Shown here in pieces: positions 26,771 to 39,542 of a DNA stretch of 64,000 nt. How positions within the stretch are numbered: position 1 is the stretch's first letter; the number at the start of each line of letters is the position of its first letter. The stretch is from Perna viridis. Taxonomy: Eukaryota. The position numbers were made by a program, and so were the translations under genes. The notes under the pieces were generated by a model. It saw only the letters and a list, made by a program, of their open reading frames with translations. It made no database searches and was not told the DNA's origin. The DNA lies in NCBI GenBank assembly GCA_037379345.1, contig CM074520.1, positions 9,238,001-9,302,000 of the forward strand. Direction: 5' to 3'.

Positions 26771-28335
26771 AACAACATTGTTTTTGTCTGCAAAACGTTT
26801 TATATCCAATGTTTTTTATCAGAGGTAGACGTAGAAAATAATAGCAGTGCTAAGACCTACACTGTTACCACTCTTTCAAAAGAAGAGATTGTGGAAAACC
26901 ATAAATCTGTACTATCCTCTTTTGGTCTCTACCAAGGACGATAATTGTGATTTACCGTCTATGTACTGGATTCCTAAACTTCACAAGAATCCATACAAAC
27001 AACGTTTCATAGCTGGATCTGAAAATGTACCACCAAACCTCTTTCAAAACTTTTAACATCTATACTCATAACTGTCAAAGAGGGTCTACAGTCCTATCAC
27101 AACACTTGTTACTCCCTTAGTGGTATTAATTCAATGTGGATCCTGAAAAATTCGAAAGATCTTTTGGAGAAAATCAGTTCAAGACTATTATCTGAATATA
27201 ACAGCATTAAAACATGTGATTTTTCAACACTGTATACTTCTCTTCCCCATACTCAGTTAAAATCCCGACTTAAAAACATTATACATCGTTGTTTTTCCAA
27301 AAAAGATGGTACACCTAGATACAAATATATAGTTCTTGGTAGAGATTCCAAATCATCTTCCAAATATACAGAGGAAGATGTTTACAAAATGCTGGAATGT
27401 TTTATCGACAAAATATTTGTCCAGTGTGGTGGACGTGTTCTTCAACAAACGGTTGGCATTCCAATGGGAACAAATTGTGCCCCTTTACTAGCTGAACTAT
27501 TCCTTCACTCTTATGAGGCTGACTTTATAGCTGATCTGATCAGAAAGAAAGAATATTGTTTAGCTAGATCCTTCAGTCTCAGTTTCCCCTATATAGATGA
27601 CGTGTTATCTTTAACCAATCCTAATTACGGGGATTTGATACATCGCATCTACCCAAAAGAACTTGAGATAAAGGATACTACAGACACTGTGAAGTCAGCC
27701 TCATATCTTGACCTACACTTAGAAATCGATGGTAAAGGAAAACTATTGACCAAACTTTACGACAAACGTGATGACTTTTCATTCAGAATTGTCAACTTTC
27801 CTTTCATCTGTGGCAACATCCCTTCGGCTCCTGCGTATGGAGTGTTCATATCACAACTCATACGTTATGTCAGAGCTAGCCGAAACTACGCAGACTTTTC
27901 GTATCGCGCTAGAACTCTAACAAATAGGCTTCTGGAACATGGTTGTTGCTACAAGATTGAAGTCATCACTACAGAAGTTTTATGGTCGTCATCATGAACT
28001 CGTGGATCGTTATGGTGTATCCATCAGCAAAATGAAAACTGATTTATTCAACGAGTCATAGTTTTTCTTTCCTCGTTTGTCTACCCCTGACTTGACTTTT
28101 TATGAGCAACTCGGCGGGTGTTTCTAGAAAAGCAGAGGACGCTTACCCTATCGGTGCACCTGGTCCATGCTCCCAGTTTTTAGTGGAGTCCTAGTTGCTT
28201 GTTTACTTTTGTTACTTTGTATGTATGAGTTTAATGTTCTTTGTTGTGTATATCTGTTTTCCATGTCTGGTCTTTGTCCCTGGATTACATTCTTTTGATT
28301 ACCGCTATAACCTTGGTTCCCTTGATTACTCTTTC
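26771..28335 (+). mobile_element. 5'-truncated Penelope-like retroelement (Naiad-type), RT pseudogene plus 3' UTR
   Basis: NNIVFVCK...YWIPKLHKNPYKQRFIAGS...MWILKNSK...DFSTLYT...GIPMGTNCAPLLA...YIDD...YDKRDDF.F.IVNFP...PAYGVFISQLIRY, with several frameshifts. The ORF ends after the RT thumb with no C-terminal GIY-YIG. 3' end reads ggttcccttgattactct. Confidence 0.85.
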
Positions 28336-30410
28336 TTGAAACCAATGGTATATCTGTTGCTACTTTGAAAAATAAAAACATATTTAACTATTAATAGTTT
28401 GCTATTAACCTGGCTGTTTTTCTAGAAATGTTTAAACATTTCCCTCACCCATACACCCAGTATACTGGGGTACCCCAAATCCGTTGGTCAAAATACTATT
28501 CTTCTGATCGAGTTACCGATTTGACCAGACGACGTTAATATAATTCATAACAATAAAATTTAGACATTCTACTTTGCACTTCTGTAAATTATGTTATTTG
28601 CATGTCTTTATTTAATTATTGCACCAGTGACTGAAAATCGAATGTTAATCATCCGCCATTATTGTTGTCGTTACCCCAACCCGTACATTTCCGGTTCAGA
28701 GATTAAAATAATACGGGGAGCTATATGGGATACAATACATTTCAACTTAATAAAAAGAAATATGCTAGTATTGGATTTATAAAAGAAATATATAGTACTG
28801 GACAAAAATAACTTTATAGAATGTATTGTTAGTCTATTTAAAGAGCAATATTTATATGCGAGAATTTAAACACTTCATTATTTAAGGCAAATTATTTCAA
28901 AATGATGTTTATCTTATTTCAATTTATATTCAAATAACCATTTGATTGAAATTGATTCAGAATTGAAATCATTTAGAATATTTTAGATTACTTAAAATTG
29001 ATGTACTAGGTGATCTCAATCATTAGATTATTGAAACTTGTTAATTTTTGATTGATAAATATTTAAATATTCTTATATAGATATTTCATATACCATTTAT
29101 GTGCAACTTATTTTTCATTTGATATAATTCTAACAGGAAATTAAATCATCTATACATTTGAAAAACATTAATAAGATCCACAGCAGCAAAAAAAAAATGT
29201 AAAACAAAAAATAATATCCATTCTGTACTGCATTGAAGGCAGATTTCTAAGCATCAGGGTGATACTGTTTTTTTCTTCATTTCTTTTATATATCTGTAAA
29301 TAAAAAAAAATATCTCGAATTAGCTTAAATTTGTGAATTGTGGAAATTTTCTAGTGTTAAATACTGCTTAACTATTAATTTCCATTGAATTTGTCTAAGC
29401 AGAATGTTTTTAAGATGAGAGAAAATATGTAATTTGTCAAATCCTCAGAAAATGTTCATTTTTTGTTAATCTAGCTTTCCATAGTTAATTCGTATGACAC
29501 ATGACGTATTACGGTCACGTGATTGTTGTTTGCGAAGCTTTGTAAATGGCAGACGATAAATCAATATCGATTGATTGGTTTCATGCGTGCTTTCTACATT
29601 TCTAAAAGGGATTAAATAATATGGCATACAGAGGTTTTGGAAAAGTTGGACATACTCTATGTTGAACTTAACACTTGAAAATTACCTGGAAAATCGGCAA
29701 TCTGATCATTCTTGTTGTTTGCATGAAACAGGCCTGGTTCAGTATCGGCAAACTCTGACCTATGACCCAAGCACGTGCAATCAGTTTCGTACAAAAAGGG
29801 ATATTAATAATACATCGGACTAGATATACATCGGAAAGAGGGTACAGCAGTATAATCATCATTTATCATTTAATACTTATTTATTTCATCTTAACACACA
29901 TTCAACATCTTGCTTATGTAGTGCATTGTTATCACCTAGTAAACTTCAAAAGGTATCTTTTGGAAATAAGTAACTAACGTATGATCTTATCTTTTCGAAA
30001 GTATGTTTTAATCAATTATTTTTATAGGAAAACTATGTGAGTAATTCCATTTATTGAGATTGTAATACGGCGTAAATTTAAAGAAAACAAAATGCTACTA
30101 GCTGTTTGGCTCCATCAGTTTAAATAATGACTAGAAAACTATTTACTGTCCATAGTTGTATTAATTTTTAATAATCAGCGAAGTAAAAACATCCTCGTAT
30201 AGAGTGCAAATGCACATTTCAGCTTTATGCTGACTTAGTCGGGTCATGTTTTATGTTTACTCAACGTAGTAATATTTAACATTTGTTTTGCTCCGAAAAA
30301 GTGTATTGTTACGCTTGCCTTGCGATGGTATAATTTAAAAAACAAAACATATTTTAATATATGATTTCAAAGGTTCAAGTGTAATAAAAACTGCCGATAT
30401 TAATAATGTA

Positions 30411-30695
30411 AGAGTAATCAAGGGAACCAAGGTTATAGCAGTAATCAAAAGAATGTAATCCAAGGACAAAGACCAGACATGGGAAACTGACATGCACAAC
30501 AAAGAACACAAAGTAACTAAAATCATACATACAAACTAACAAAAGCAAATGGACAACTAGGACTCCACTAAAAACTGTGAGCATGGACCAGGTGCACCGG
30601 TAGGATAAGCGTCCTCTGCTTTTCTAGAAATACCCGCCGAGTTGCTCATAAAAAGTCAAGTCCAGGGTAGACAAACGAGGAATGGAAAACTATGT
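30411..30695 (-). mobile_element. Naiad-type PLE 3' fragment
   Basis: Reverse complement of 28055-28332. Confidence 0.8.
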
Positions 30696-30729
30696 ATGAA
30701 ATATCGCCATGCTGCAAAAACTCCGATAC

Positions 30730-31650
30730 CCGTAATTTTTAACTAAAACAAGCATTGCAGACCCTAAACGCCATACTTCAAAAATCAATCAGTCCCTTTT
30801 GTCTCTATAGTATCATTAACACCAATACCCGTTGTTTTAAGTCAAACAAGCATTGCATAACCTAAACGTAGATGCGTACATCCAGAACCTTCTGACTTGT
30901 GACTGTTCAAAGTCTTCTTTTGTTCACATCCCCTCTTGGCATGTCATAACATGTGATTTGAACATTATGATAATTATAATCTCCGAAAAGAGATTATCAG
31001 GACCTGAAGTTAAAACAATTACAACTAAAAGCAGTTAGGTATTAAGTAAAACGACGAATTAACAATCTCAAACACTTCATAAATGGTAAATTAGTATTCA
31101 AGAACGTAGAAGTTGCGAAATGTCTCTCCTCTATTAATGGGACATATCTTGTCTCTAATTGTTTTACTATCTCAAGTGCATTACTTTGAATGCGTAATAA
31201 TAGAGCTTAAGGTTAAAAAGTCTAGATCCTTTAATTGCACACACCTATACATTGGCGATGTTATCTCTATTAATAATTCTACATTTGGAGAATGGATTCT
31301 GTTCATTTCCAATAGAACCAGAAATAAAAGGACTATTGACACAGCTTCCTCTGAGATCTTCACCTTGAATTTGACGACTGTAGTCATCTCAAGACAAAAT
31401 ATATGACAATCAAGAACATTTTGATTTTAGAATTATGAATTTCTTTCTTGTTCAGTAACGTACCATCTTACCCTGCATATGGTGTTTTTATTTCTCATTT
31501 ATTAAGGTATGTCAAAGTATTGGCGACTATTCTAACTTCTTTTGAGGCCACTGCTGACTTACAGACTGACTTTTGGACCATGATTATAAAACAATACGCC
31601 GCCTTAAAACGTTTGGTTACCGATATTTATATCTTATTATAAAATATTCT
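30730..31650 (+). mobile_element. Old degenerate Naiad-type PLE (CxC linker plus RT remnants)
   Basis: LTCDCSKSSFVHIPSWHVITCDLNI (CxC linker-like), YIGDVISINN, SNVPSYPAYGVFISHLLRY. Confidence 0.6.
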
Positions 31651-32843
31651 GTTCCTGATAGATCATAGATGATGGCTTTTATGTAGATCAAACCTATTAC
31701 ATTACCTTCTGTTATCTTGCAAAAACATACAGAATTATCAGTAGATTTATTGAAAATTAAATTTTATACAATAAACTACGTATGGTAAAATAGAAAATAA
31801 TGACCAGTTTTTTTTTAATCAAGGGGCGATAATTAATAATTAAAAACTAATTTGAATTTTATATTTTTCTAGGAAAAACGTTCTTGATCCAAATTTTCTT
31901 TTGCTAAATGAATGTATGCCGTATCATTGAACTTTTTTTGCAAGAATTGCAAGATGCCAGTTTTTAAAAACTTGCATATAAGTCGTTTTACTACATATTG
32001 TTTTTTTTCATGTGTTCATTTAAGGCCAGCTTTCAGAAAAATGAAGCAAATCAATAATCTAGAAGAATATGGTTTGATGTAGAATTAGAGCAAGTGCACC
32101 TAGGCCACTAATTAAATTGATCATAATAATCCTACACATCTGAAAAAACAGAATTCTCAGATGTACAACAAAGAATATTGTTTCTTACCTTATCTGAAAG
32201 GGGTAAATATCAAAGTAAATGTTCAAATGAGAATAACTTCTAAGGAACTGAGCAACATGGATGTCAGTTTCTCAAAATATGTTTTAAGCGATTGCAGTGG
32301 ATCCTTTTTTAAATAGTCCAAAAGGGGATTGTACCAATTATTTTGTTTTAAGTATACCTCATCATCTCAATTTTTTTAACCATTTGTTAGGTTCTATTTT
32401 ATTTATATTAACATGTAAACTCATATGCTGCAAAAATAGTTAAACTAGAATTTATACTTTCTTTTACTCAAACAAAAGAGCTATTACGATCAGAAATTTA
32501 AAAAAAATACGTTTTAAAAAAAATTCCTACTTTTCCTTTAAATAACATCGTATTTATGTTTGGTGTTTTTATTAAGTTAAAATTGAATATAAACAATTTC
32601 AAAACAAACCAATAATTTACTTGTACCACATAAAGAAACTTTCTTTCATTACAGAAGTATGTTTGAACTGTTGATTTGAATCACGAATTTCATTCCTAAA
32701 ACATCTGGGATTTATCTTATATTACTGCATAAATAGGTACATTTATGTTTTTTTTAGATAAAAAGAGTAGCAATAATTTTATGTCATCAGCTCTCGATGA
32801 TTGTTTGTTTTATCTGATTTTAGTGGTTTCGAAATTCCGTTCT

Positions 32844-32897
32844 GTGTGTGTGTATGTGTGTGCGTGCGTGTGTGCGCGAGTGTGTGAGTGTATGTGA
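32844..32897. repeat. (GT)n imperfect microsatellite
   Basis: Visible directly; other simple repeats at 647-670 (polyT), 39071-39090 (GT), 54997-55030 (TA/GA) and 63761-63796 (C run plus CA). Confidence 0.85.
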
Positions 32898-34413
32898 TTG
32901 TTTTAAGCTAAGTTAATTTATAACTAAATCAGTCAAAATGTCACTGCTTGTAAATTTAATATCATCTTATTTCAATTTTTGACAATATGAATAAATATAA
33001 AATTTGTTTATTCAAAACTGTTTGGACTGGAAAAAAACAACCTTTTTTATCTTCATGCAAGTAAACATCAATAAATTATAATGAACAATCTTAGTTTTAG
33101 TTCATCAATCTGATCTCATGGTTTAATCAAATACATATTTTAATTAAAGTTGTATTTTAGAAGCATTCAATTTTAACATTATACAATTATAGCCTTTTTG
33201 TGAGTTGATAAGATGAAATATTGACATGAGAAAAACATATTGATCAATATATACGCGACTATTTTTCGCAGCTGTGCAATATATCCATGCAATATGCCGT
33301 TTTTTGAACCGCTGTTTTAAAGATTTCTCCCAAAATATAGCAAACCATGTAGCATTCTTTAGAAAAATGAAATTATTCAAAATATATCAATCAATAATAT
33401 TAAATTATATAAAATGCATTATTAACATACTGTCTACATGTATCATATGCAGGTACACCAAGAAGACAGTCCTGTTAAAATTCGATAACCTATAATTACC
33501 GCTTAGAGCAGCATTACAAAAGCGTCGAAAGTGCCTTTGATTATTCGGTGAGCAGGTAATTTTATCTTTAAACAATATAAACAGTGGAACAATAACCCCT
33601 TTTTTTACACCAAATGCATTATTTAAAATAAGAAACTGTTGATTATCAAAGAAAACTTCGGCGAAAGCCATAATAACTAGACACAAACTCAAATATCGCA
33701 AACTTTAAAACAATACAACATTTCATTCAGCACTCAGGTCGTTTCATTATATGGTAATTTACTTATTCATTTTTCTCTTGTATATTGCATTCAATGTATA
33801 TTAGTAAAATTATTAGTATGTGCTTTATACATGTCTTTATAATTGCACCAAGTGTATTGTTTGTTATATTCATGTATGGAGAAGACCTGTGTAAGTTGGG
33901 ATAACTCGTATCTGATCCAAATTTGACTACCTGCAAATGGAATATGTTTAAACTAAACTAATCTAAACTAAATTAGGCAGTAAATATGTCTTAATGAAAT
34001 TGATGAACACAGACACGATAAATTCATGAGAGATAGTGACACCCTTTTGGCGTATGCTAATTAGAAGTTGAAATCGGTTTTGGTTGGCATTAGGATACGA
34101 ATGACTATCTGGATACCATTTCCAATATTTTTTTCATATATTGTTAAAAGTCTTCATTTACAACCTATTCTATGTATAAATTAGTCGTTGAATTAAAACT
34201 ATAAACAATCACTCCAAGCCAATGAATTCATCGATGAATTATCATAGGGCATTAGAGGCGTTTTTAAATGTCAAGTCATATAAACGCCTCTAGACATCCA
34301 ATGCGATAGCTTTAAATAGTTTGTGTCTAACGTAAATGGTATCTTTAGAGCAGATATAGCATATTCTAATTGCAACGGTTTGAATTGATATTGAATTTGA
34401 AATTACGTTTTAA

Positions 34414-37007
34414 ATGTATTTGTTAACTGTGTCACTGATCCTTGAGTGTGTAGGTAAGTAAGAAACTATTACATCTACTTGTTTTATTCGATGGTTTTTT
34501 TTTGTGCATCACGCAACTTACGCAATCCAATCCGTTTCAGTCCTCATATTTAGCCTACTTAAGTATCAGTCTTTACAAAAAAAAAAACAGACAGGAGGTG
34601 ATTCATGCATGTCAAAAACCCACCAAAGTCACTTTTATATCTTGTTCAGAAACCGTTATATATCACATAACCAGTCTCACTTTTTTCATTTGGGGTTGCG
34701 CTTTTGAGATAAAATGTACATAGATTGTAAAATTACCACTTTGTAGAGTTATAGTTCTTGTTTTGGTTTGATTTGGTTGATTTTAAAGTATAGTTTTCTC
34801 AAACGTACAGATATAAATACAGAAAGGACTATTGTCACATACAAATATAGCAAATGTAGACCCAAAAAAAAGCATCGTCTGATCTATGAGTTTTTCGACA
34901 CCATGAATCACCTTACCACAGGTTGTGTCTGAATTTTATATGGACTGGTGCTCAAATGTTTATTTCCCGCCCAAATTTACTTTCTTGTTTTTTTTTTTCC
35001 ATTTCTGATCTGTAAAGTCTTCAATGATGTTTAGTTGTCAACCTTTCAAATGAAACTTATTGCAAAGTTTGAAAATCAAATTGAAACTGTACAATTGCTT
35101 TCTTTATCCTGCTAGCAAACTCTCGAAAGAAAAGATAGTACAAAAGCACAAATCTGTGCTATCTTCTTTTGGTCTTTCTACCAAATCTTATGATTGTGAT
35201 TTACCGTCAAGGCACAGGATTCCAAAACTCCACAAGAATCCATAAAAACAACGCTACATAGCTTGATAGGCAAAATGTACCACCAAACCTCTTCCAAAAC
35301 ATTTAACGTCATCATACTTTAAAGTCATCACTACAGAAGTTTTATGGTCCTCACCATGGACTCGTTGATCGTTACGGTGTATCCATTTGCACTATGGTGA
35401 TTGATTTGTTTAACATGTCATAGTTTTCATTCCTCTTTCGTCCACCCTGGCCTTGCTTGCCGAGACTACGCAGAGTTTTTGTATCGCGCTAGAATTCTAA
35501 CAAATAGGCTTCTGGAGCAGGGGTATCCTGCTACAAGATTTAAGTTATCACTACAAAAGTTTTATGGTCGTCATTATGAACTCACTCGTGGATCGTTACG
35601 GTGTATCCATCTGCGCCATGAAAACTGATTTGTTCAACGGGTCTTAGTTTTCCTTTCCTTTTTCTCCTACTCCGGACTTTTTATGAGCAACTCGGCGGGT
35701 GTTTTTAGAAAAACAGAGGACGCTTACCCTACCGGTGCACCTGGTTTATCTCCAGGTTTTTGGTGGAGTCCGAGTTTATTGTTTTTGTTTAATTGTATGT
35801 ATTTTTTTAGGTTGTTTCATGTTATTTCATGTACTTTGCTGTTCGTGTCTGTTTTCTATGCCCGGTCTTTTTCTCTGAATTACATCCTTCTGATTTATGT
35901 TGGGTTCTTGGTTCCCTTGATTACTTTAAACCTGAACATTTCCTTGTGATTTCATGCAGATTATCGCCCTTATTGTCTTTTCAGGCTTGTATTCCTGTAC
36001 GGACAATTTGACAGCCACTGCCTTTAAACAATCATTTTATTCACACAAAGGATATGATGGTACCACTTTTTATCCAGGGTAAATGCATTTAACTTCCAGA
36101 AGTTAACTCAAAATCAACTTCCAAATACAACGAGGAAGATGTTTTCAAAATGCTGTAATTTTTATACACAACATATTTGTCCAGTGTGGTGTATTTTTGA
36201 ATTAATTATCAAATAATTTCCTTTACTTTATCAAAAACAGAAAATTAATTAAAAAAATCAATCCCTGTTAGAAAATAACGATGATGTCTCTTACATGAAA
36301 TTTATCTTAATAATGTTTTGCAGCACTGAAAATTACACTAAGGACTGGCTCATTACGACAAACTTGATCAACCACACAATAAAGATTGATATTTCAAACT
36401 GTCATCTAGAAAGCCCAAAAGCAATTTGTATTTTCGACCTTTTGTATATTTATGATGGTAAGAAAATAAATTAAATTAACTTGATAGTAATATGTTTTGA
36501 TCAATGGCATTTTATAAATATACAAAATATTGATTTTATCGTTTGCAACCGGAAAAAAGTTTGCGTTTGAAAATTGATTTTCAAGCAATGTACATTCGTA
36601 AATACACTCCTTATATTTAATTTAATATGTACATTTTTTAACATGTACACGTTAGAAATAAAACAGGATACAAATACTTCCAAAAACTCATATAGAATGC
36701 AGTTTGCAATCTTTTTTGGTTAAACTTCAACTCACAACCCTATTTTTTGTAGAACGTGATACCAAATTTTAACTGCTTTAATAAAAGGTATTGTAATTGC
36801 ATTAAGGACCAGATACGAATGGAACTCAGTTAGCGGAAACATGTTGTGTTCAAAGCTATTACGATCAAGACACTGTTTTTGAAAGCTCAAGAGAGGAGAT
36901 GTATATACTATTTACCACAGATGATTCAGTAGCTAATACTGGGTTTGAAATAAAATATTGGTCAAAAGGTCAAGGAACAGCAACTTACACCCCTTTAAAA
37001 AAAACAG
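34414..37007 (+). CDS. Single-CUB-domain protein, paralog of the minus-strand CUB receptor; 3' end unresolved (possibly secreted)
   Basis: Exons 34414-34453 (MYLLTVSLILECV, gtaagt donor), 35985-36078 (GLYSCTDNLTATAFKQSFYSHKGYDGTTFYP), 36324-36457 (TENYTKDWLITTNLINHTIKIDISNCHLESPKAICIFDLLYIYDG) and 36807-37007 (GPDTNGTQLAETCCVQSYYDQDTVFESSREEMYILFTTDDSVANTGFEIKYWSKGQGTATYTPLKKT). Phases 1,2,1,1 match the minus-strand gene, with no stops. Possible ends: read-through to TGA at 37043-37045 (GIGILFILIKIN*), or a last exon at 38582-38613 (DIAYGFQVKR*). Confidence 0.8.
35115..35925 (+). mobile_element. Rearranged Naiad-type PLE in intron 1 of the CUB paralog
   Basis: IPKLHKNP segment, then the RT C-terminus present twice, then the 3' UTR. 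Confidence 0.75.
35985..36078 (+). CDS. CUB paralog exon 2
   Basis: tcttttcag acceptor, gtaaat donor; NLTATA..Q.F.SH.GY.GTT.YP shared with 13037-13133. Confidence 0.8.
36324..36457 (+). CDS. CUB paralog exon 3
   Basis: ttttgcag acceptor, gtaaga donor; W-L-I...C...E...C..D.LYIYDG. Confidence 0.85.
36807..37007 (+). CDS. CUB paralog exon 4
   Basis: GPD...CC...MYILFTTDDS....GFEIKY; donor CAG|gtatag. Confidence 0.8.
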
Positions 37008-38199
37008 GTATAGGCATTTTGTTTATTTTAATTAAAATAAATTGAATTGTTGATATCTTTCTGATTAAAGTAAATCATATCCGTACAAACATAACCCGTA
37101 AATAACCCTTACACAATTGATTTCAGTATTTTCTTCTTTGGTAAGAATTCTGAACAATTTTAAGTGCAACATCACAAAAATTCTCTTTTTATTTATATTT
37201 AACAAATATTTCACATTTACCTCGTAAAAACAATTAGTTCCTATCATAATTAAACCAATATATTCATATTCTTTGTATTATTCGGATGTACATCTATAAT
37301 ACAATAAGCTTGAGTGTATCTAAAGGAATTTGTGTAAAAATTAACCTTACCAAATGCTCTTAAATGAAGGTTTTAGACCGTATATTACTTGTACAATTTG
37401 ATATTTAAATATTCATACATTCATTCATCCATCTTTTCATTCATAACTACTTTACCATTATTTCATCATCATTACAATATTTGATGATCCAACCGTTAAG
37501 AAACGTTATAACAAGATTTATTTGCAAAACCGGGGAGAAGGTAAGCAGAATATACAGACACATATTTTTGTTGGTTTGAAGAGACATTTCTAAAGATTAA
37601 ATTTTTCATAAAAGAATGTAGAATCAGAACTCATCATAAGTTTCGATACGCCAGTATGGTTATACTTGTATAAGTAGTATAACTCTAATTCATATCAAGT
37701 AATCCAATGAAAACATGACGATTTGTGTGCGAATACAAATACATAATTTTATGCTGAGATGGTTTTTGTCGTCGAAATCAAAGGGGGTTTGAAAATAACG
37801 CGTAGGAAACTATGTCAGTAATTTCTCCAATTTCTAGTTGTGGTGGATACACGAATACAATTATTTACGGAACGTCACCAATATATGGATATATAAAATA
37901 AAAGGATCTTTTTCTTGAACCTTCCTTTCTTTTGTGAGATTTTCAAGAAACTCAAATTCATTAATGAAGAATTAGATCTGCTACTCAAACAAGAGGGGTA
38001 CATTTAGACCCTATTTAAATGCCGACAATTTGCTGAAGATATATCTCCTAAAACTAAAACAAAATTACAAATAAGTTGTCGAGAAGAAACTCTAACACAC
38101 TGATCGCTTGTTGTTCGGTTTTGTATCACTACTCATTTCATAGAGGTAAAATATGTAGAACTGAAATGTTAAGTCACAGGCCATTGGGACCAGGATTTT

Positions 38200-38282
38200 T
38201 TTTTATCTCTAAAAATATCATTTAATTATTTTGTTTCCATATTTGAGTTATTATGTGTGCTCTCTGATATGTCCGATTGCTC
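38200..38282. repeat. Dispersed repeat; inverted copy at 48625-48705
   Basis: ttattatgtgtgctctctgatatgtccg versus cggacatgtcagagagcacacataataa. Confidence 0.55.
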
Positions 38283-39399
38283 AGATTCCAACGATGTTTT
38301 TAATTTATGTAGGAAACTAGGTGTTTTAAGTTGAATGGTGATGACTGGGCGGCCATCTTTCTGCTCTTTTTTTTTACTTGCTTTGATTTCAACGCTATTT
38401 GGTTAATATAGTAAACGTGTCCTCCTGATATGATTTTTTTGTCAAACATGGTAACAAAGCATGATACCCTTATTTACTTAGTTCATGGGGCATGCCTGGT
38501 GAGCGACTCAGGCTCTTCGAGAGCCTTTTATTTATTTTCAGTTCAAATTCTAATTTTTTAAAATTCGATTTTATATTTCAGATATCGCTTACGGTTTTCA
38601 AGTTAAAAGATGACAAAGGGCTACACCAGAAAAAAATCGTTTTCTTTTAATTTTTTGTCTGATTTTGAAATTTTTTATTGAATTTAAAGTTTTGTGCAAT
38701 ATAATTTGTTGTGTTTATAAAAAATTCCCTATGCTAAAGTGTGTAAAAAGCTAATATTACGTCCATACTTGCCCTAACTGTTCTGGTGTGACCAATGAGG
38801 TTGTATCATGCTGTGCTTAGCAAAGCAATTTATTTGACATCATGATAACAAGTAATTATGTGTTGTGGCTTGAAGATTTTAGAAAGCAAATTAGTATATA
38901 TTGAGGTTATGGGCGACAGTGCCAACATCAGCTTATGTGCTTAACATAAATAAAAGAAAAAACTATTTTTTAAGGAGGTGACAAAAACCACACACATCCT
39001 TTTTTTGACCTTACTGAAAATGAACAAAAACACATATCAGGTAGATGGGTGTTTGGAACCACATATGGTTTGTGTGTGTGTGTGTGTGTGGTTCAATTCT
39101 TCACGTCAATAAGAAATACATCATTGGCAAGGTTACTGGAAACATGTTTTTTTAATATTTCTTATACAAATGGTTCTACAGATCTTCGATAACTTGTACG
39201 TTTAAAACAAGTACATGTACATAATATATTGTATCATAATCATCAATTGTACAAATATTAAGTTATGGTCCTATTTCTATTTATATCATAGGAACAAACC
39301 ATTTAATTTTTAATTTTTAACCAGTTGCTAAGTTTTATATGTCAATGAGAAAAATATTTTCAATTTCCATTTTTGATTACATATGTATAAAGCATGTAA

Positions 39400-39542
39400 N
39401 NNNNNNNNNNNNNNNNNNNNNNNNNNNNNNNNNNNNNNNNNNNNNNNNNNNNNNNNNNNNNNNNNNNNNNNNNNNNNNNNNNNNNNNNNNNNNNNNNNNN
39501 NNNNNNNNNNNNNNNNNNNNNNNNNNNNNNNNNNNNNNNNNN
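39400..39542. other. Assembly gap (143 N)
   Basis: Run of N. Confidence 1.

Noticed and set aside
27134-27997. 287-aa RT ORF as an active or domesticated reverse transcriptase
   Set aside because: It is flanked by frameshifts, 5'-truncated, and has an R-to-P change before YIDD; it is a decayed copy.
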